Source: Ructibacterium sp.
GTDB taxonomy: Bacteria; Bacillota; Clostridia; Monoglobales; Monoglobaceae
Direction of reading: 5' to 3'
Length of the DNA: 33,276 bases
Assembly (NCBI GenBank): GCA_045544295.1
Contig: JAZPYU010000165.1
Span: 1-33,276 of the forward strand
This document shows, one piece after another, positions 1 to 10,045 of the stretch. Below the pieces are notes generated by a model. The model had not been told where the DNA came from. It searched no databases and saw only the letters and a list, made by a program, of their open reading frames with translations. The position numbers and the translations under genes were made by a program. Every line of letters starts with the position of its first letter. Positions within the stretch are counted from its first letter, which is position 1.

Positions 1-381
1 GACGGCAATGGCCACGTTGGTTGCGGTATGGGAAAAGCAGCAGAAATTCCGGATGCAATCCGCAAGGGAATTGATGATGCAAAGAAGAATATGATTACCG
101 TTCCCATGGTAAAAACTACCATTCCTCACGAGATTATCGGTGAGTATGGCGCAGGTCGCGTTCTCTTAAAGCCGGCAGCAGAAGGTACCGGTGTTATCGC
201 CGGCGGTCCCGCCCGTGCGGTACTGGAACTGGCAGGTATCAGAGATATCCGTACCAAGTGCTTACGCAGTAACAACCCCAAGAACGTTGTTGCCGCTACC
301 ATCGAGGGTCTGGCATCTCTCAAGAGTGTAGAAGAGGTTGCTCAGCTCAGAGGGAAGAAGCCGGAAGAAATCCTCGGCTAA
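1..381 (+). CDS. rpsE: 30S ribosomal protein S5 (5'-truncated by window edge)
   Basis: Frame is open from base 1 ([22 protein letters not shown]...); contains the S5 motif [12 protein letters not shown]; lies upstream of L30/L15/secY. Confidence 0.98.
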   Translation, partial: DGNGHVGCGMGKAAEIPDAIRKGIDDAKKNMITVPMVKTTIPHEIIGEYGAGRVLLKPAAEGTGVIAGGPARAVLELAGIRDIRTKCLRSNNPKNVVAATIEGLASLKSVEEVAQLRGKKPEEILG

Positions 382-412
382 ATAAAATTAGTTCAGGACA
401 GGAGGGTTATCC

Positions 413-589
413 TTGGCAAATATTAAGGTTACACTGAAAAAGAGTACCATTGGATGCAAGAAAGACCAGATTGCAACTGTTGAAGCCCTGGGTCTTAAAA
501 AGATCGGACAAACAGTAGAGAAAGTTGATACCCCGCAGATTCGCGGTATGATTTTCAAGGTAAAGCACCTGGTAGAAGTATCCGAATAA
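413..589 (+). CDS. rpmD: 50S ribosomal protein L30
   Basis: Not in the ORF track. TTG start after GGAGG; translates to [58 protein letters not shown]; canonical position. Confidence 0.96.
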   Translation: MANIKVTLKKSTIGCKKDQIATVEALGLKKIGQTVEKVDTPQIRGMIFKVKHLVEVSE

Positions 590-662
590 TTTTAAACCGG
601 CATTGGACCGGTCCTCGTAAGATACGAGGTATTATCTTAAAAGAAAAGGAGGAGGTGTACGC

Positions 663-1103
663 ATGAAACTCCATGAATTATCTCCGAGCGAAGGCTCCAA
701 GAAGAAAGCATTCAGAGTAGGCCGTGGCCATGCAAGTGGTAACGGTAAAACCAGCGGTAAGGGACACAAGGGTCAGAATGCCCGCAGCGGCGGTGGTGTT
801 CGTCCCGGTTTCGAAGGTGGCCAGATGCCCATCTACAGACGGCTTCCTAAGCGTGGTTTTAACAATATTTTTGCAAAGAAGTATGTTTCTATCAATGTTG
901 AGGACTTGAACAGACTGGAGGCTGGTACCGAGGTAACAGCAGAGGCTTTGAAAGAGGCTGGAATCATCTCCAAGATTTGTGACGGCGTTGTTGTTTTGGG
1001 CCGTGGCGAAGTTGAAAAGAAATTTACTGTAAAAGCAAAAAGATTCAGTAAAACTGCTGCCGAGAAGATCGAGGCTGCAGGTGGAAAGGCTGAGGTGATC
1101 TAA
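663..1103 (+). CDS. rplO: 50S ribosomal protein L15
   Basis: [21 protein letters not shown] and GFEGGQMP motifs. Confidence 0.98.
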   Translation: MKLHELSPSEGSKKKAFRVGRGHASGNGKTSGKGHKGQNARSGGGVRPGFEGGQMPIYRRLPKRGFNNIFAKKYVSINVEDLNRLEAGTEVTAEALKEAGIISKICDGVVVLGRGEVEKKFTVKAKRFSKTAAEKIEAAGGKAEVI

Positions 1104-1105
1104 GT

Positions 1106-2386
1106 ATGTTCGATACAATCAGAAATGCATGGAAGATTGTCGATCTGCGTAAAAAACTCATCTACACCTTTGTATTATTGGTAATTTTCCGTTTAGGTTC
1201 TTGCATCCCGGTTCCTCTTTTGGACCCGGCACAAATGAAGGAACTTTTCACTGCGGATAATTCTATGTTCGGCTTTTTGAACATGGTATCCGGTGGTGCA
1301 TTTCAGAATGCCACCATCTTTGCTATGAGCATTACGCCGTACATTAACTCGTCCATTATTATGCAACTTCTCTGTGTAGCAATTCCTGCATTGGAACGTT
1401 TGCAGAAAGAGGGCGAAGAGGGCAGAAAGAAGATAGGTCAGATGATGCGTTACGGTACGGTTGTACTGGCGTTGATTCAGGCAGTAGGTCTTTACTTCCT
1501 GCTCAAATCCTACAGTGCAGTAACCAACCCCGGTTTCACCACTGCTTTGGTTGTTGTTACGACCTTTACCGCAGGTACCGCGTTCTTGATGTGGTTGGGT
1601 GAACAGATTACAGAGAAGGGTGTCGGCAATGGTATTTCTTTGATTATCTTTGCCGGTATCGTTTCCAGATTGCCTTCTATGGCAACTTCTCTCTGGGCCG
1701 GTGTTAAAGGTGGCGGCCTTAACTGGATTGGCGTTGTAGCCCTTTTGGTTTTGGCTGTTGCAGTTGTTGGCTTTGTGGTTCTGATGAACGAAGCAGAACG
1801 GAGAATCCCGGTACAATACGCAAAGCGTGTAGTTGGCAGAAAGATGTATGGCGGTCAGAGTTCTCATATTCCGATTAAGATTGCTTCTGCCGGCGTTATC
1901 CCTGTCATCTTTGCAATGTCCATTATGTCCTTCCCCGGCACCATTGCAAGTTTCTTTGGTGTAAAAGCGGGCGATCCTGGTTTCTGGGGTGGTTTCTTAC
2001 GGGTATTTTCCAGTACGTCTTGGGTATATGCAGCACTTTATTTCTTGCTGATTATCTTCTTTACCTATTTCTATACTGCTATGCAGTTTAATCCCATAGA
2101 AATTGCGAACAATATGAAGAAAAACGGCGGATTTATTCCTGGTATTCGTCCCGGACGTCCTACCACAGAATATATTTCTAAGATATTGAATAAACTTACC
2201 TTAGCAGGTGCAATTTTCTTAGGTTTGATTGCAGTTCTTCCAATCTTTATGAATATGTTCCTGGCAATTGGCAACTTTGCTATCGGCGGTACATCCTTGC
2301 TGATCGTAGTTGGTGTTGCATTGGAAACCGTGAAGGAACTGGAATCTCAAATGCTGATGCGGCATTACAAAGGATTCTTAGAATAG
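1106..2386 (+). CDS. secY: Preprotein translocase subunit SecY
   Basis: Multi-TM protein with SITPYINSSII, GVGNGISLIIF, IPGIRPG and GGTSLLIVV motifs. Confidence 0.98.
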   Translation: MFDTIRNAWKIVDLRKKLIYTFVLLVIFRLGSCIPVPLLDPAQMKELFTADNSMFGFLNMVSGGAFQNATIFAMSITPYINSSIIMQLLCVAIPALERLQKEGEEGRKKIGQMMRYGTVVLALIQAVGLYFLLKSYSAVTNPGFTTALVVVTTFTAGTAFLMWLGEQITEKGVGNGISLIIFAGIVSRLPSMATSLWAGVKGGGLNWIGVVALLVLAVAVVGFVVLMNEAERRIPVQYAKRVVGRKMYGGQSSHIPIKIASAGVIPVIFAMSIMSFPGTIASFFGVKAGDPGFWGGFLRVFSSTSWVYAALYFLLIIFFTYFYTAMQFNPIEIANNMKKNGGFIPGIRPGRPTTEYISKILNKLTLAGAIFLGLIAVLPIFMNMFLAIGNFAIGGTSLLIVVGVALETVKELESQMLMRHYKGFLE

Positions 2387-2525
2387 AATACAATGATGCA
2401 CAGGCTTTGTGCAATGATGGAAGAGTAGGAGACGATGATGCACCAGCACAAGCGGTTCCTACTCTGTCCATTTTTTTAGTAAAAATCAAAGAATCATTGG
2501 TATGACAGGAAAGGATATAGGAATT

Positions 2526-3158
2526 ATGAGACTGATATTATTAGCAGCTCCCGGCGCAGGGAAAGGCACACAGGCTGAAAAGTTAAGTGAGCACTTTGGT
2601 ATTCCTACCATCTCAACAGGCGCAATTCTTCGCCATAATATTCAGGAAGGCACAGAACTTGGCAAACTGGCACAGCAGTATATCGATCAGGGCAACTTTG
2701 TACCTGATGATGTGATGATCGAGGTAATGAAGGAACGTCTCTCTCGGGAAGACTGTAAAAACGGTTTTATCCTGGACGGTTTCCCCAGAACCTTGGCACA
2801 GGCAGAAGCCTTAGATACCAGTAGTATTGCCATTGATACAGTGCTTAATCTTGAAGTGCCGGACGAAGATATCATTAAACGTCTTGCGGGTCGTTTGGAA
2901 TGTAAAGAATGTGCGGTAACCTTCCACAAAGAATACAGAAAACCGGCAAAGGATGGCATCTGCGACAACTGTGGTGGGGAACTGACCACCCGTGCCGATG
3001 ATAATCCCGAAACGGTGAAGAGCCGTTTGGAGATTTATCATACCCGTACAGAACCGCTTCTTCAGTACTATATCCAAAAGGGTATTTTAAAAACCGTTCA
3101 GGGTAGAGACGAGATTGCGGCAACCACCAAAGAGGTTCTGCGGGTTCTGGAGGGCTAA
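2526..3158 (+). CDS. adk: Adenylate kinase (Zn-binding LID type)
   Basis: PGAGKGTQA, STGAILR, LDGFPRT, CxxC-x16-CxxC LID, RADD; start placed at ATG 2526 (MRLILL). Confidence 0.96.
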   Translation: MRLILLAAPGAGKGTQAEKLSEHFGIPTISTGAILRHNIQEGTELGKLAQQYIDQGNFVPDDVMIEVMKERLSREDCKNGFILDGFPRTLAQAEALDTSSIAIDTVLNLEVPDEDIIKRLAGRLECKECAVTFHKEYRKPAKDGICDNCGGELTTRADDNPETVKSRLEIYHTRTEPLLQYYIQKGILKTVQGRDEIAATTKEVLRVLEG

Positions 3159-3163
3159 GGAAG

Positions 3164-3925
3164 ATGGTTGCGCTAAAATCCAAGTCCGAAATCGAAAAAA
3201 TGAAAAAAGCAGGTGCCGTTACATACGGAGCCCTTTGTGCAGTCCGTGATGCCGTTCGTCCCGGTGTTACCACCAAGGAACTGGATGCGGTAGCGGAACG
3301 TTATATTAAATCTCAGGGCTGTACCTGTTCCTTTAAAGGATATGGTGGCTTTCCCGGTAGCGTTTGTGCCAGCGTCAATGACGAAATCATCCACGGCATT
3401 CCCGGCAATCGGGTACTTGATGAGGGTGATATCATCAGCATTGATGTGGGAGCGTGTTATCAGGGCTACCACGGTGATGCTTGTCGAACCTTTGGTGTAG
3501 GCAACATTTCTAAGGAAGCAGAGCGGTTGATTGCGGTTACGCGGCAAAGTTTTTTTGAGGCAATTCAGTACGCCAAAGAGGGGTATCGGATCTCGGATAT
3601 CTCCCGGGCGGTGCAGGAATATGTAGAAGCCAATGGCTTTTCTGTTCTTCGGAACTACTGTGGCCACGGCATCGGCGCTTCCCTTCACGAAGACCCAGAG
3701 GTCCCCAACTATGTTGGCGGCAGTCGTGGGATTCGTATTCGTCCCGGTATGTGTCTGGCAATTGAACCTATGGTTTGTCAGGGCGGAAAAGAATACTATG
3801 TGGATGATACAGAGTGGACAGTGCTCACCCGTGACGGGAAATTGTCTGCCCATTACGAGAACAGCGTTTTGGTTACCAACGGCGAACCGTTTTTGCTTAC
3901 TATGCCGGATGGTATAGAGGTTTAA
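3164..3925 (+). CDS. map: Methionine aminopeptidase type I
   Basis: SVNDEIIHGIP, GHGIG..LHEDP, AIEPM and SAHYE motifs; follows adk. Confidence 0.96.
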   Translation: MVALKSKSEIEKMKKAGAVTYGALCAVRDAVRPGVTTKELDAVAERYIKSQGCTCSFKGYGGFPGSVCASVNDEIIHGIPGNRVLDEGDIISIDVGACYQGYHGDACRTFGVGNISKEAERLIAVTRQSFFEAIQYAKEGYRISDISRAVQEYVEANGFSVLRNYCGHGIGASLHEDPEVPNYVGGSRGIRIRPGMCLAIEPMVCQGGKEYYVDDTEWTVLTRDGKLSAHYENSVLVTNGEPFLLTMPDGIEV

Positions 3926-3929
3926 CATT

Positions 3930-4193
3930 GTGATGAAGGAAAAGAAAATCCCTGTGGGTGCTTTGGTGCAATCGGTTGCTGGTCATGATGCAGGCGAACT
4001 CTTTCTGGTGGTGCGCCGTGAGGAAGGCTTTGTATGGGTCTGCAACGGGAAGAATCGAAAAGCAACCCACTGTAAAAAGAAAAATATAAAACATATCACA
4101 GATACAGGTTTAGTTTGCGAATGGGTGTCTCAGCATCCGGAACGCATCAACAACACTTCTGTGAAGAAAGCCATAAAGGATAACAGGAGGTGA
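3930..4193 (+). CDS. KOW-domain RNA-binding protein (L14e-like)
   Basis: [10 protein letters not shown]...GKNRK...KKKNIKH; the usual gene between map and infA in Firmicutes. Confidence 0.85.
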   Translation: MMKEKKIPVGALVQSVAGHDAGELFLVVRREEGFVWVCNGKNRKATHCKKKNIKHITDTGLVCEWVSQHPERINNTSVKKAIKDNRR

Positions 4194-4200
4194 AAATGCT

Positions 4201-4419
4201 ATGTCAAAAGAAGATGTTTTGGAAGTAGAGGGTACCGTGCTGGAAGCATTACCCAACGCGATGTTTAAAGTAGAGTTAGAAAATGGTCACCAGATTCTGG
4301 CACATATCTCCGGAAAACTGCGGATGCACTTCATCCGGATTTTGCCGGGCGATAAAGTAACGGTGGAGATTTCTCCCTATGACTTGACCAAGGGCAGAAT
4401 CACCTGGCGTGCAAAATAA
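4201..4419 (+). CDS. infA: Translation initiation factor IF-1
   Basis: [35 protein letters not shown]. Confidence 0.98.
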   Translation: MSKEDVLEVEGTVLEALPNAMFKVELENGHQILAHISGKLRMHFIRILPGDKVTVEISPYDLTKGRITWRAK

Positions 4420-4433
4420 AAAAGACATAAGAT

Positions 4434-4463
4434 GGCGGCAGAACGATGCCGCCTTTTGTGTTT
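4434..4463 (+). terminator. Intrinsic terminator after infA
   Basis: GGCGGCA-gaacga-TGCCGCC followed by TTTTGTGTTT. Confidence 0.7.
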
Positions 4464-4478
4464 ACGGGGGAGGATATT

Positions 4479-5528
4479 ATGAAAAAAGGTCTTTTGGTTT
4501 TGGTGTTATTGTTATTCCTTAGTGGATGTAGTAATATTCCCACTTCGGTAAAACCTGTTCCTACTGAAAATCCCGCAAAAACGGTAACCGTTTCCTGTGC
4601 GGGGGATTGTACTTTGGGTACCGATGTTTCCTTTGGCGGCAGAACCTTGCCGGTGGAAGTGGAGGCACAAGGAGGAGATTATGGTTGGTTTTTCCGGAAC
4701 GTGTTGCCGATTTTTGAACAGGATGATTTGACGATCGTCAATATGGAAGGCTCCCTAACCACCCGTGGAACCAGGCAGGAGAAAACCTATGCTTTCCGTG
4801 GTGATCCGGCGTATGTGAATATTCTCACAGAAGGCAGTGTGGAAGCGGCAACCCTGGCCAATAACCATAGTCTGGACTATGGCGAAGTCGGTTTAGAAGA
4901 TACCAAAACAGCCTTGGATGATGCTGGTATCCTTTGGTTTGAAAACTTAGAAACGGTGGTAACGACTGTCAATGGAGTGAAAGTAGGGCTGATTGGCTTA
5001 TATGATTTAAACGGCTCTGGCCTCAGGAATATCTCTGTTGCAATGGAACAAGTGAAAAGTCAGGGTGCTGAACTGGTGATCGTTCAGGTACATTGGGGAA
5101 TTGAACGAGAGGGTATTCCCACCGACCGGCAAAGAGAGGTGGGATATGCTGCCATTGATGCAGGCGCAGATTTGGTGATTGGCCATCACCCCCATGTTCT
5201 GCAAGGGGTAGAAGAATATAAGGGAAAGATGATTGCTTATAGCCTTGGCAACTTCTGCTTTGGCGGTAACCAAAACCCTACGGATAAAGATACAATGATT
5301 TATCAGCAGACCTTTTATGTAGACAATGGCGTGGTACTATCCAAACAGGATTATCAGATTTATCCTTGCAGTATTTCTTCCGAAAGTGGCAGAAATAATT
5401 ATCAGCCAACCCCCCTGATTGGCGAAGAGGGTAATCGTGTAAAAGCAAGAATTCAGACATTAACTGATCAAATCGGCGGTCCGTCCCTAACCTTTGCAAA
5501 GGAAGAACAAGAAAACTTGGCAAAATAG
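4479..5528 (+). CDS. CapA/PGA_cap-family metallophosphatase-like lipoprotein
   Basis: Signal peptide with lipobox LSGC; AGD, VNMEG, LANNHSLDYG, HWG, GHHPH and YSLGNF motifs; ATG 4479 after GGAGG. Confidence 0.9.
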   Translation: MKKGLLVLVLLLFLSGCSNIPTSVKPVPTENPAKTVTVSCAGDCTLGTDVSFGGRTLPVEVEAQGGDYGWFFRNVLPIFEQDDLTIVNMEGSLTTRGTRQEKTYAFRGDPAYVNILTEGSVEAATLANNHSLDYGEVGLEDTKTALDDAGILWFENLETVVTTVNGVKVGLIGLYDLNGSGLRNISVAMEQVKSQGAELVIVQVHWGIEREGIPTDRQREVGYAAIDAGADLVIGHHPHVLQGVEEYKGKMIAYSLGNFCFGGNQNPTDKDTMIYQQTFYVDNGVVLSKQDYQIYPCSISSESGRNNYQPTPLIGEEGNRVKARIQTLTDQIGGPSLTFAKEEQENLAK

Positions 5529-5584
5529 ACAATTTGCAGGGTGAATTTTCAGGAATTCTTTTACATATCCGGACAAGAAAAGAA

Positions 5585-5613
5585 TTGACAACTTGACAAT
5601 TCTGTGATATCAT
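5585..5613 (+). promoter_or_regulatory. Sigma-A promoter for the rpmJ-alpha operon
   Basis: TTGACA(5585)-17 bp-TATCAT(5608) with extended -10 TG. Confidence 0.7.
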
Positions 5614-5680
5614 ATAATGGTTCGCTTAATGGGTGAAAGTTGCCCCTTGGCGGCAAGAACAAACTTAGGAGGTGAAGGAA

Positions 5681-5794
5681 ATGAAAGTACAACCTTCCGT
5701 AAAACCTATTTGTGAAAAATGTAAAATTATTAAAAGAAAAGGCAGAGTAATGGTAATTTGTGAAAATCCCCGCCACAAGCAGAAGCAGGGTTAA
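5681..5794 (+). CDS. rpmJ: 50S ribosomal protein L36 (Zn-ribbon type)
   Basis: Not in the ORF track; [37 protein letters not shown] after AGGAGG. Confidence 0.97.
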   Translation: MKVQPSVKPICEKCKIIKRKGRVMVICENPRHKQKQG

Positions 5795-5913
5795 TCGCAA
5801 AACCGGAGCAGGGTCAGGCTTATAACCCAAAATTTTCTATAAGCTGACGCCGCATATGCGGGTGAAATTCTGCTCCACTGTTTTTTCCAAAAATTCAATG
5901 GAGGTGAAATTTT

Positions 5914-6279
5914 ATGGCACGTATCGCAGGCGTAGATTTGCCGAACGACAAGAGAGTTGAGATTGGTCTTACCTATATCTTTGGTATCGGTCTTTCTACT
6001 TCCAAAAAAATCCTGGCAGCAACCGGAGTAAATCCGGACACCAGAGTGCGCGATCTTTCCGAGGACGAAGTTTCTAAACTGAGAGCTGAAATCGACCACT
6101 ACAACGTGGAAGGTGACTTGCGTAGAGACATCGCTCTTGATATTAAGCGCTTAATGGAAATCAACTGCTACAGAGGGCTGCGTCACAGAAAGGGATTGCC
6201 GGTTCGTGGACAACGTTCCAAGACCAATGCAAGAACCAGAAAAGGCCCCAAAAAGACCATTGCAAACAAGAAGAAATAA
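5914..6279 (+). CDS. rpsM: 30S ribosomal protein S13
   Basis: [10 protein letters not shown]...[26 protein letters not shown]. Confidence 0.98.
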   Translation: MARIAGVDLPNDKRVEIGLTYIFGIGLSTSKKILAATGVNPDTRVRDLSEDEVSKLRAEIDHYNVEGDLRRDIALDIKRLMEINCYRGLRHRKGLPVRGQRSKTNARTRKGPKKTIANKKK

Positions 6280-6389
6280 GAATTTTGCTATGGCGTCGTC
6301 GCATATGGTTGCGGCATAAGAAATTTGAATTTTCTTTCGGGCTTTGTTGCCCGTCAGATATCCGTTATTTTTAGGAGGTGAAAGATACA

Positions 6390-6782
6390 ATGGCAAAGGC
6401 AGTAAAAAGAACACGCCGCCGTAGAGAGAGAAAGAATATCGAGCGGGGTGCAGCACATATTAAATCTACATTTAATAATACCATTGTTACGATTACAGAC
6501 GTAGCCGGAAATGCGATTTCTTGGGCATCCGCCGGCGGCCTCGGTTTCAGAGGTTCTAAAAAGAGCACTCCTTTTGCAGCACAGATGGCAGCAGAGACTG
6601 CAGCAAAGGCAGCAATGGAGCATGGCTTAAAGTATGTTGAAGTTTACGTGAAAGGCCCGGGTTCCGGCCGTGAAGCAGCAATCCGTGCATTGCAGGTTGC
6701 AGGCCTCGAAGTAAACATGATTAAGGACGTTACACCGATTCCTCACAACGGTTGCAGACCGCCGAAGAGAAGACGCGTGTAA
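6390..6782 (+). CDS. rpsK: 30S ribosomal protein S11
   Basis: [39 protein letters not shown]; start ATG 6390 (GTG 6378 overlaps the RBS). Confidence 0.97.
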   Translation: MAKAVKRTRRRRERKNIERGAAHIKSTFNNTIVTITDVAGNAISWASAGGLGFRGSKKSTPFAAQMAAETAAKAAMEHGLKYVEVYVKGPGSGREAAIRALQVAGLEVNMIKDVTPIPHNGCRPPKRRRV

Positions 6783-6814
6783 TGGTTTGAGATTGTTAAA
6801 AGGAGGTAAAACAC

Positions 6815-7408
6815 ATGGCTAAAAATACCCAGCCTGTTCTGAAAAGATGCAGAACTCTCGGCATTGAGCCCGGTTTTATGGGAATTCATAAGACTTCTAA
6901 CAGAGATCCGCAGAAGAACAGAAGAAAAAAGTCTGAATACGGTCAGCAGTTAAACGAAAAGCAAAAGTTGAGATTCGTTTACGGCGTATTGGAAAAACAA
7001 TTCCATAAATATTATTTAATGGCTACCAAGAGAGACGGCGTTACCGGTGAAATGCTCCTGCAAATTCTGGAGTCCCGTCTGGATAACGTTGTTTACCGTC
7101 TTGGTCTGGCTAACACCAGAAGAGAAGCAAGACAACTTGTTAACCATGCACACTTCACTGTAAATGGTAAGAAGATCAACATTCCTTCTTATCTGGTAAA
7201 GGTTGGCGACGTAATCTCTGTAAGAGAGAAGAGCCGCAGCAACGGTAAGTTTACCCAACTCAAAGAAACTCTTGGCGATGTTATCGTTCCCAAGTGGCTG
7301 GATATGAATAAGGACACCTTAGAGGGTAAAGTAATCGCCCTGGCTGAGCGTGAAGATATTGATATTCCGGTAGAAGAACATATGATCGTCGAGTTCTACA
7401 GCAAGTAA
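6815..7408 (+). CDS. rpsD: 30S ribosomal protein S4
   Basis: SEYGQQLNEKQK, LESRLDNVVYRLG, ARQLVNH, IVEFYSK. Confidence 0.97.
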   Translation: MAKNTQPVLKRCRTLGIEPGFMGIHKTSNRDPQKNRRKKSEYGQQLNEKQKLRFVYGVLEKQFHKYYLMATKRDGVTGEMLLQILESRLDNVVYRLGLANTRREARQLVNHAHFTVNGKKINIPSYLVKVGDVISVREKSRSNGKFTQLKETLGDVIVPKWLDMNKDTLEGKVIALAEREDIDIPVEEHMIVEFYSK

Positions 7409-7453
7409 TAATTTGCCGTAAGGCCCAGCGAAAAATATTTAGGAGGGCTGACA

Positions 7454-8401
7454 ATGATTGAAATCGAAAAGCCAAGAATTGAATGCTTAGAAGCATCCGA
7501 AGATAATAAATATGGCAAATTTGTTGTTGAGCCTCTGGAAAGAGGTTATGGCACAACGTTTGGCAACTCTCTCAGAAGAATGTTGCTGTCTTCCCTGCCG
7601 GGTGTGGCTGCAACATCTGTAAAGATTGATGGCGTTCTTCATGAATTTTCCACCATTCCCGGTGTAAAAGAAGATGTAACCGAAATCATTCTAAACATCA
7701 AGCAGTTGGCAATCAAATTACACGGCGATACTCCCAAAACGGTTTATATCAGCCAAGAGGGTGCCGGTGAAATTTGCGCAGGGGATATCAAGCATGATTC
7801 CGATGTAGAAATCATCAACGAAGACCTGCACATTGCAACTCTGAGTGAGGATGCAAAACTCTTTATGGAAATTACCTTAGACAGAGGCCGTGGATATGTG
7901 TCCGCAGACCGGAATAAGCAGATTCTGCAACCGGTGATTGGCGTTATCGCTACTGACTCTATCTACACTCCGGTTCAAAAGGTAAACTATACCGTAGAGA
8001 ATACTCGTGTTGGCAATATTACCGACTATGACAAACTGGTTTTGGAAGTATGGACCAATGGTACCATCACTCCTGCCGAAGCGGTTTCTTTGGCGGCGAA
8101 GATTGTTAGCGAGCATATGAACCTGTTTATCGACCTTTCCGATGAAGCAAAGAACACCGAGATTATGGTCGAGAAGGAAGAAAGCAAGAAAGAAAAGGTT
8201 CTGGAAACAACCATCGAAGAACTGGATCTGTCTGTTCGTTCCTACAACTGCTTAAAGCGTGCAGGTATCAATACGGTACAAGATTTGACCACACGTTCTG
8301 AGAACGATATGATGAAGGTGAGAAACCTTGGTCGCAAATCCCTGGAAGAGGTTATTGCAAAGTTAGACGGTATGGGTCTTTCTTTGGCAAATGAAGACTA
8401 A
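7454..8401 (+). CDS. rpoA: RNA polymerase alpha subunit
   Basis: [17 protein letters not shown] and [14 protein letters not shown] motifs. Confidence 0.98.
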   Translation: MIEIEKPRIECLEASEDNKYGKFVVEPLERGYGTTFGNSLRRMLLSSLPGVAATSVKIDGVLHEFSTIPGVKEDVTEIILNIKQLAIKLHGDTPKTVYISQEGAGEICAGDIKHDSDVEIINEDLHIATLSEDAKLFMEITLDRGRGYVSADRNKQILQPVIGVIATDSIYTPVQKVNYTVENTRVGNITDYDKLVLEVWTNGTITPAEAVSLAAKIVSEHMNLFIDLSDEAKNTEIMVEKEESKKEKVLETTIEELDLSVRSYNCLKRAGINTVQDLTTRSENDMMKVRNLGRKSLEEVIAKLDGMGLSLANED

Positions 8402-8434
8402 TTCCTTTAAGAAATAAGAAAATGAGGTGATAAA

Positions 8435-8779
8435 ATGGCACACCAGAGAAAACTTGGCAGACCGACCGACCAGAGACGTGCAATGCTGAGATCTATGACT
8501 ACTTCTTTCCTGGAAAGCGGCAGAATTGAAACTACCGTTACCCGTGCAAAGGAAATTCGTAGAATCGCAGAGAAAATGGTTACCCTCGGCAAAGCCAATA
8601 CACTTCACACCAAGAGACAGGCGCTCAGTTACATTACCAAGCGCGATGTTGTGGTAAAGTTGTTTGATGAAATCGCTCCGAAGTACGCAGAGAGAAACGG
8701 TGGCTACACCCGGATTATCAAGATTGGTCCGCGTCGTGGCGACGCCGCTGAAATGGCAATTCTGGAGTTTGTTGATTAA
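8435..8779 (+). CDS. rplQ: 50S ribosomal protein L17
   Basis: [34 protein letters not shown]. Confidence 0.98.
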   Translation: MAHQRKLGRPTDQRRAMLRSMTTSFLESGRIETTVTRAKEIRRIAEKMVTLGKANTLHTKRQALSYITKRDVVVKLFDEIAPKYAERNGGYTRIIKIGPRRGDAAEMAILEFVD

Positions 8780-8792
8780 TCAAAATCAAATC

Positions 8793-8825
8793 AAAAACGG
8801 CATTTCCATAGGAATGCCGTTTTTT
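8793..8825 (+). terminator. Terminator of the alpha operon
   Basis: AAAAACGGCATT...AATGCCGTTTTTT. Confidence 0.85.
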
Positions 8826-8862
8826 GTATGCCTATTATTGTAGGGGATGGGTTACCAAAGCA

Positions 8863-8887
8863 TAAAAAGAAAACCGCCATAGGCGGT
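8863..8887 (-). terminator. Terminator of the ROK gene
   Basis: ACCGCC-tat-GGCGGT followed by TTTCTTTTT on the minus strand. Confidence 0.7.
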
Positions 8888-8932
8888 CTTCTTCCAAACT
8901 TTTTCACTATTACCTATTACTTATTCCATGCA

Positions 8933-9874
8933 TTATAACGCTGATGCCAATGCCGCACCAATGATGCCGGCTTCGTTAAAGAGGGTAGCAATTTTCAATT
9001 CTGTCTTAGATGCTTCGTGACAGAAGGTGTTAGTTTTCATATATTCCTTGATGGGATTTAACAGATAATCCCCTTCCCGGCTAATACCGCCACCGATTAC
9101 AATCATATTCGGCTGGAAAATGTTAATCATAGAAGAAATACCATCTGCTACATATTCGAGGTATTGGTCTACCACTTTTTGTGCTGCCGCATCTCCGGCT
9201 TTTGCTGCATCAAAAGCGGTTCTGCCACTGACTTTGCCGGCTTCTTTGACATACTGAACCATCAAACTATCCGGAGTTTCTTCTATTGCGGCTCTGGTCT
9301 GGTTAATCAAAGCGGTGACGGAAGCGTAGGCTTCCCAACAACCCTTTCTGCCACAGCCACAGGGAATGCCGTTGTAAACCAAGGAAAAGTGTCCTAATTC
9401 TCCTGCCGTTCCGTTGGCACCACGGAAAATCTTTTTGTCAAGAACAATCCCACCGCCAACGCCGGTGCCCAAAGTAACCGCCAGGAAAGAATTTGCCTTG
9501 CCACCGGTTGCCATAAATTCGCCATAGGCTGCGGCGTTCGCATCGTTCTCTAATTGAACAGGAATGTTGGGGAAATAAGAACGAAGTTCCTCTACCAAAG
9601 GAGCGTTTTCAAATTTTAGGTTATAAGCAACTAAAACCAAACCGTTCTTTGTGTCAATGGCGCCGGGAGAACCAATGCCAATACCCTTGATATCTGCCAT
9701 AGTAAAGCCGGCATCTTTGACAATTTCTTCGCAGAGTTCTGCCATATCTTTTACAATTTCCTGATAGGGACGGGGTGCGTTGGTGGGACGGGAAGATTGT
9801 TTTAAAATTTCTAACTTTTCCGTTACCAACCCAACGGCAATGTTGGTGCCGCCTAAATCAATACCTATATACAT
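8933..9874 (-). CDS. ROK-family sugar kinase (glucokinase-like)
   Basis: IGIDLGGT, ENDANAAA, LGTGVGGG, GELGH and CGCGRKGCWE; no N-terminal HTH; start MYIG at 9874 after GGAGG. Confidence 0.92.
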   Translation of the reverse strand: MYIGIDLGGTNIAVGLVTEKLEILKQSSRPTNAPRPYQEIVKDMAELCEEIVKDAGFTMADIKGIGIGSPGAIDTKNGLVLVAYNLKFENAPLVEELRSYFPNIPVQLENDANAAAYGEFMATGGKANSFLAVTLGTGVGGGIVLDKKIFRGANGTAGELGHFSLVYNGIPCGCGRKGCWEAYASVTALINQTRAAIEETPDSLMVQYVKEAGKVSGRTAFDAAKAGDAAAQKVVDQYLEYVADGISSMINIFQPNMIVIGGGISREGDYLLNPIKEYMKTNTFCHEASKTELKIATLFNEAGIIGAALASAL

Positions 9875-9907
9875 AAAAATGCCTCCAAATATCAAAAATT
9901 TTCCTTT

Positions 9908-9936
9908 ATTATAACTTTTTTTTCAGTTTTTGTAAA
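9908..9936 (-). promoter_or_regulatory. Sigma-A promoter of the ROK gene
   Basis: Minus strand TTTACA-17 bp-TATAAT. Confidence 0.65.
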
Positions 9937-10045
9937 CCCTATACGCTGATTTTTTAAAAAAATGTAAATCATAGTTTGCGAAAAAAAGTACATAATTTGC
10001 AAAAATTGCCTTATACTAAAAAGAAAAACAAAACGAGGTGATAGG

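Noticed and set aside
613-629. Hairpin CCTCGTA-aga-TACGAGG between rpmD and rplO
   Set aside because: No T tract; probably an ordinary mRNA stability or processing stem
2538-2570. Adk P-loop reads LLAAPGAGKGT rather than LLGAPGAGKGT
   Set aside because: A single conservative change with all other motifs intact; not evidence of a pseudogene
5544-5558. CodY-like box AATTTTCAGGAATTC upstream of the rpmJ promoter
   Set aside because: Three mismatches to an AT-rich consensus are expected by chance
9969-10018. Possible sporulation sigma-E promoter for DUF421
   Set aside because: CATA-like boxes are present but too degenerate in AT-rich DNA to support a call
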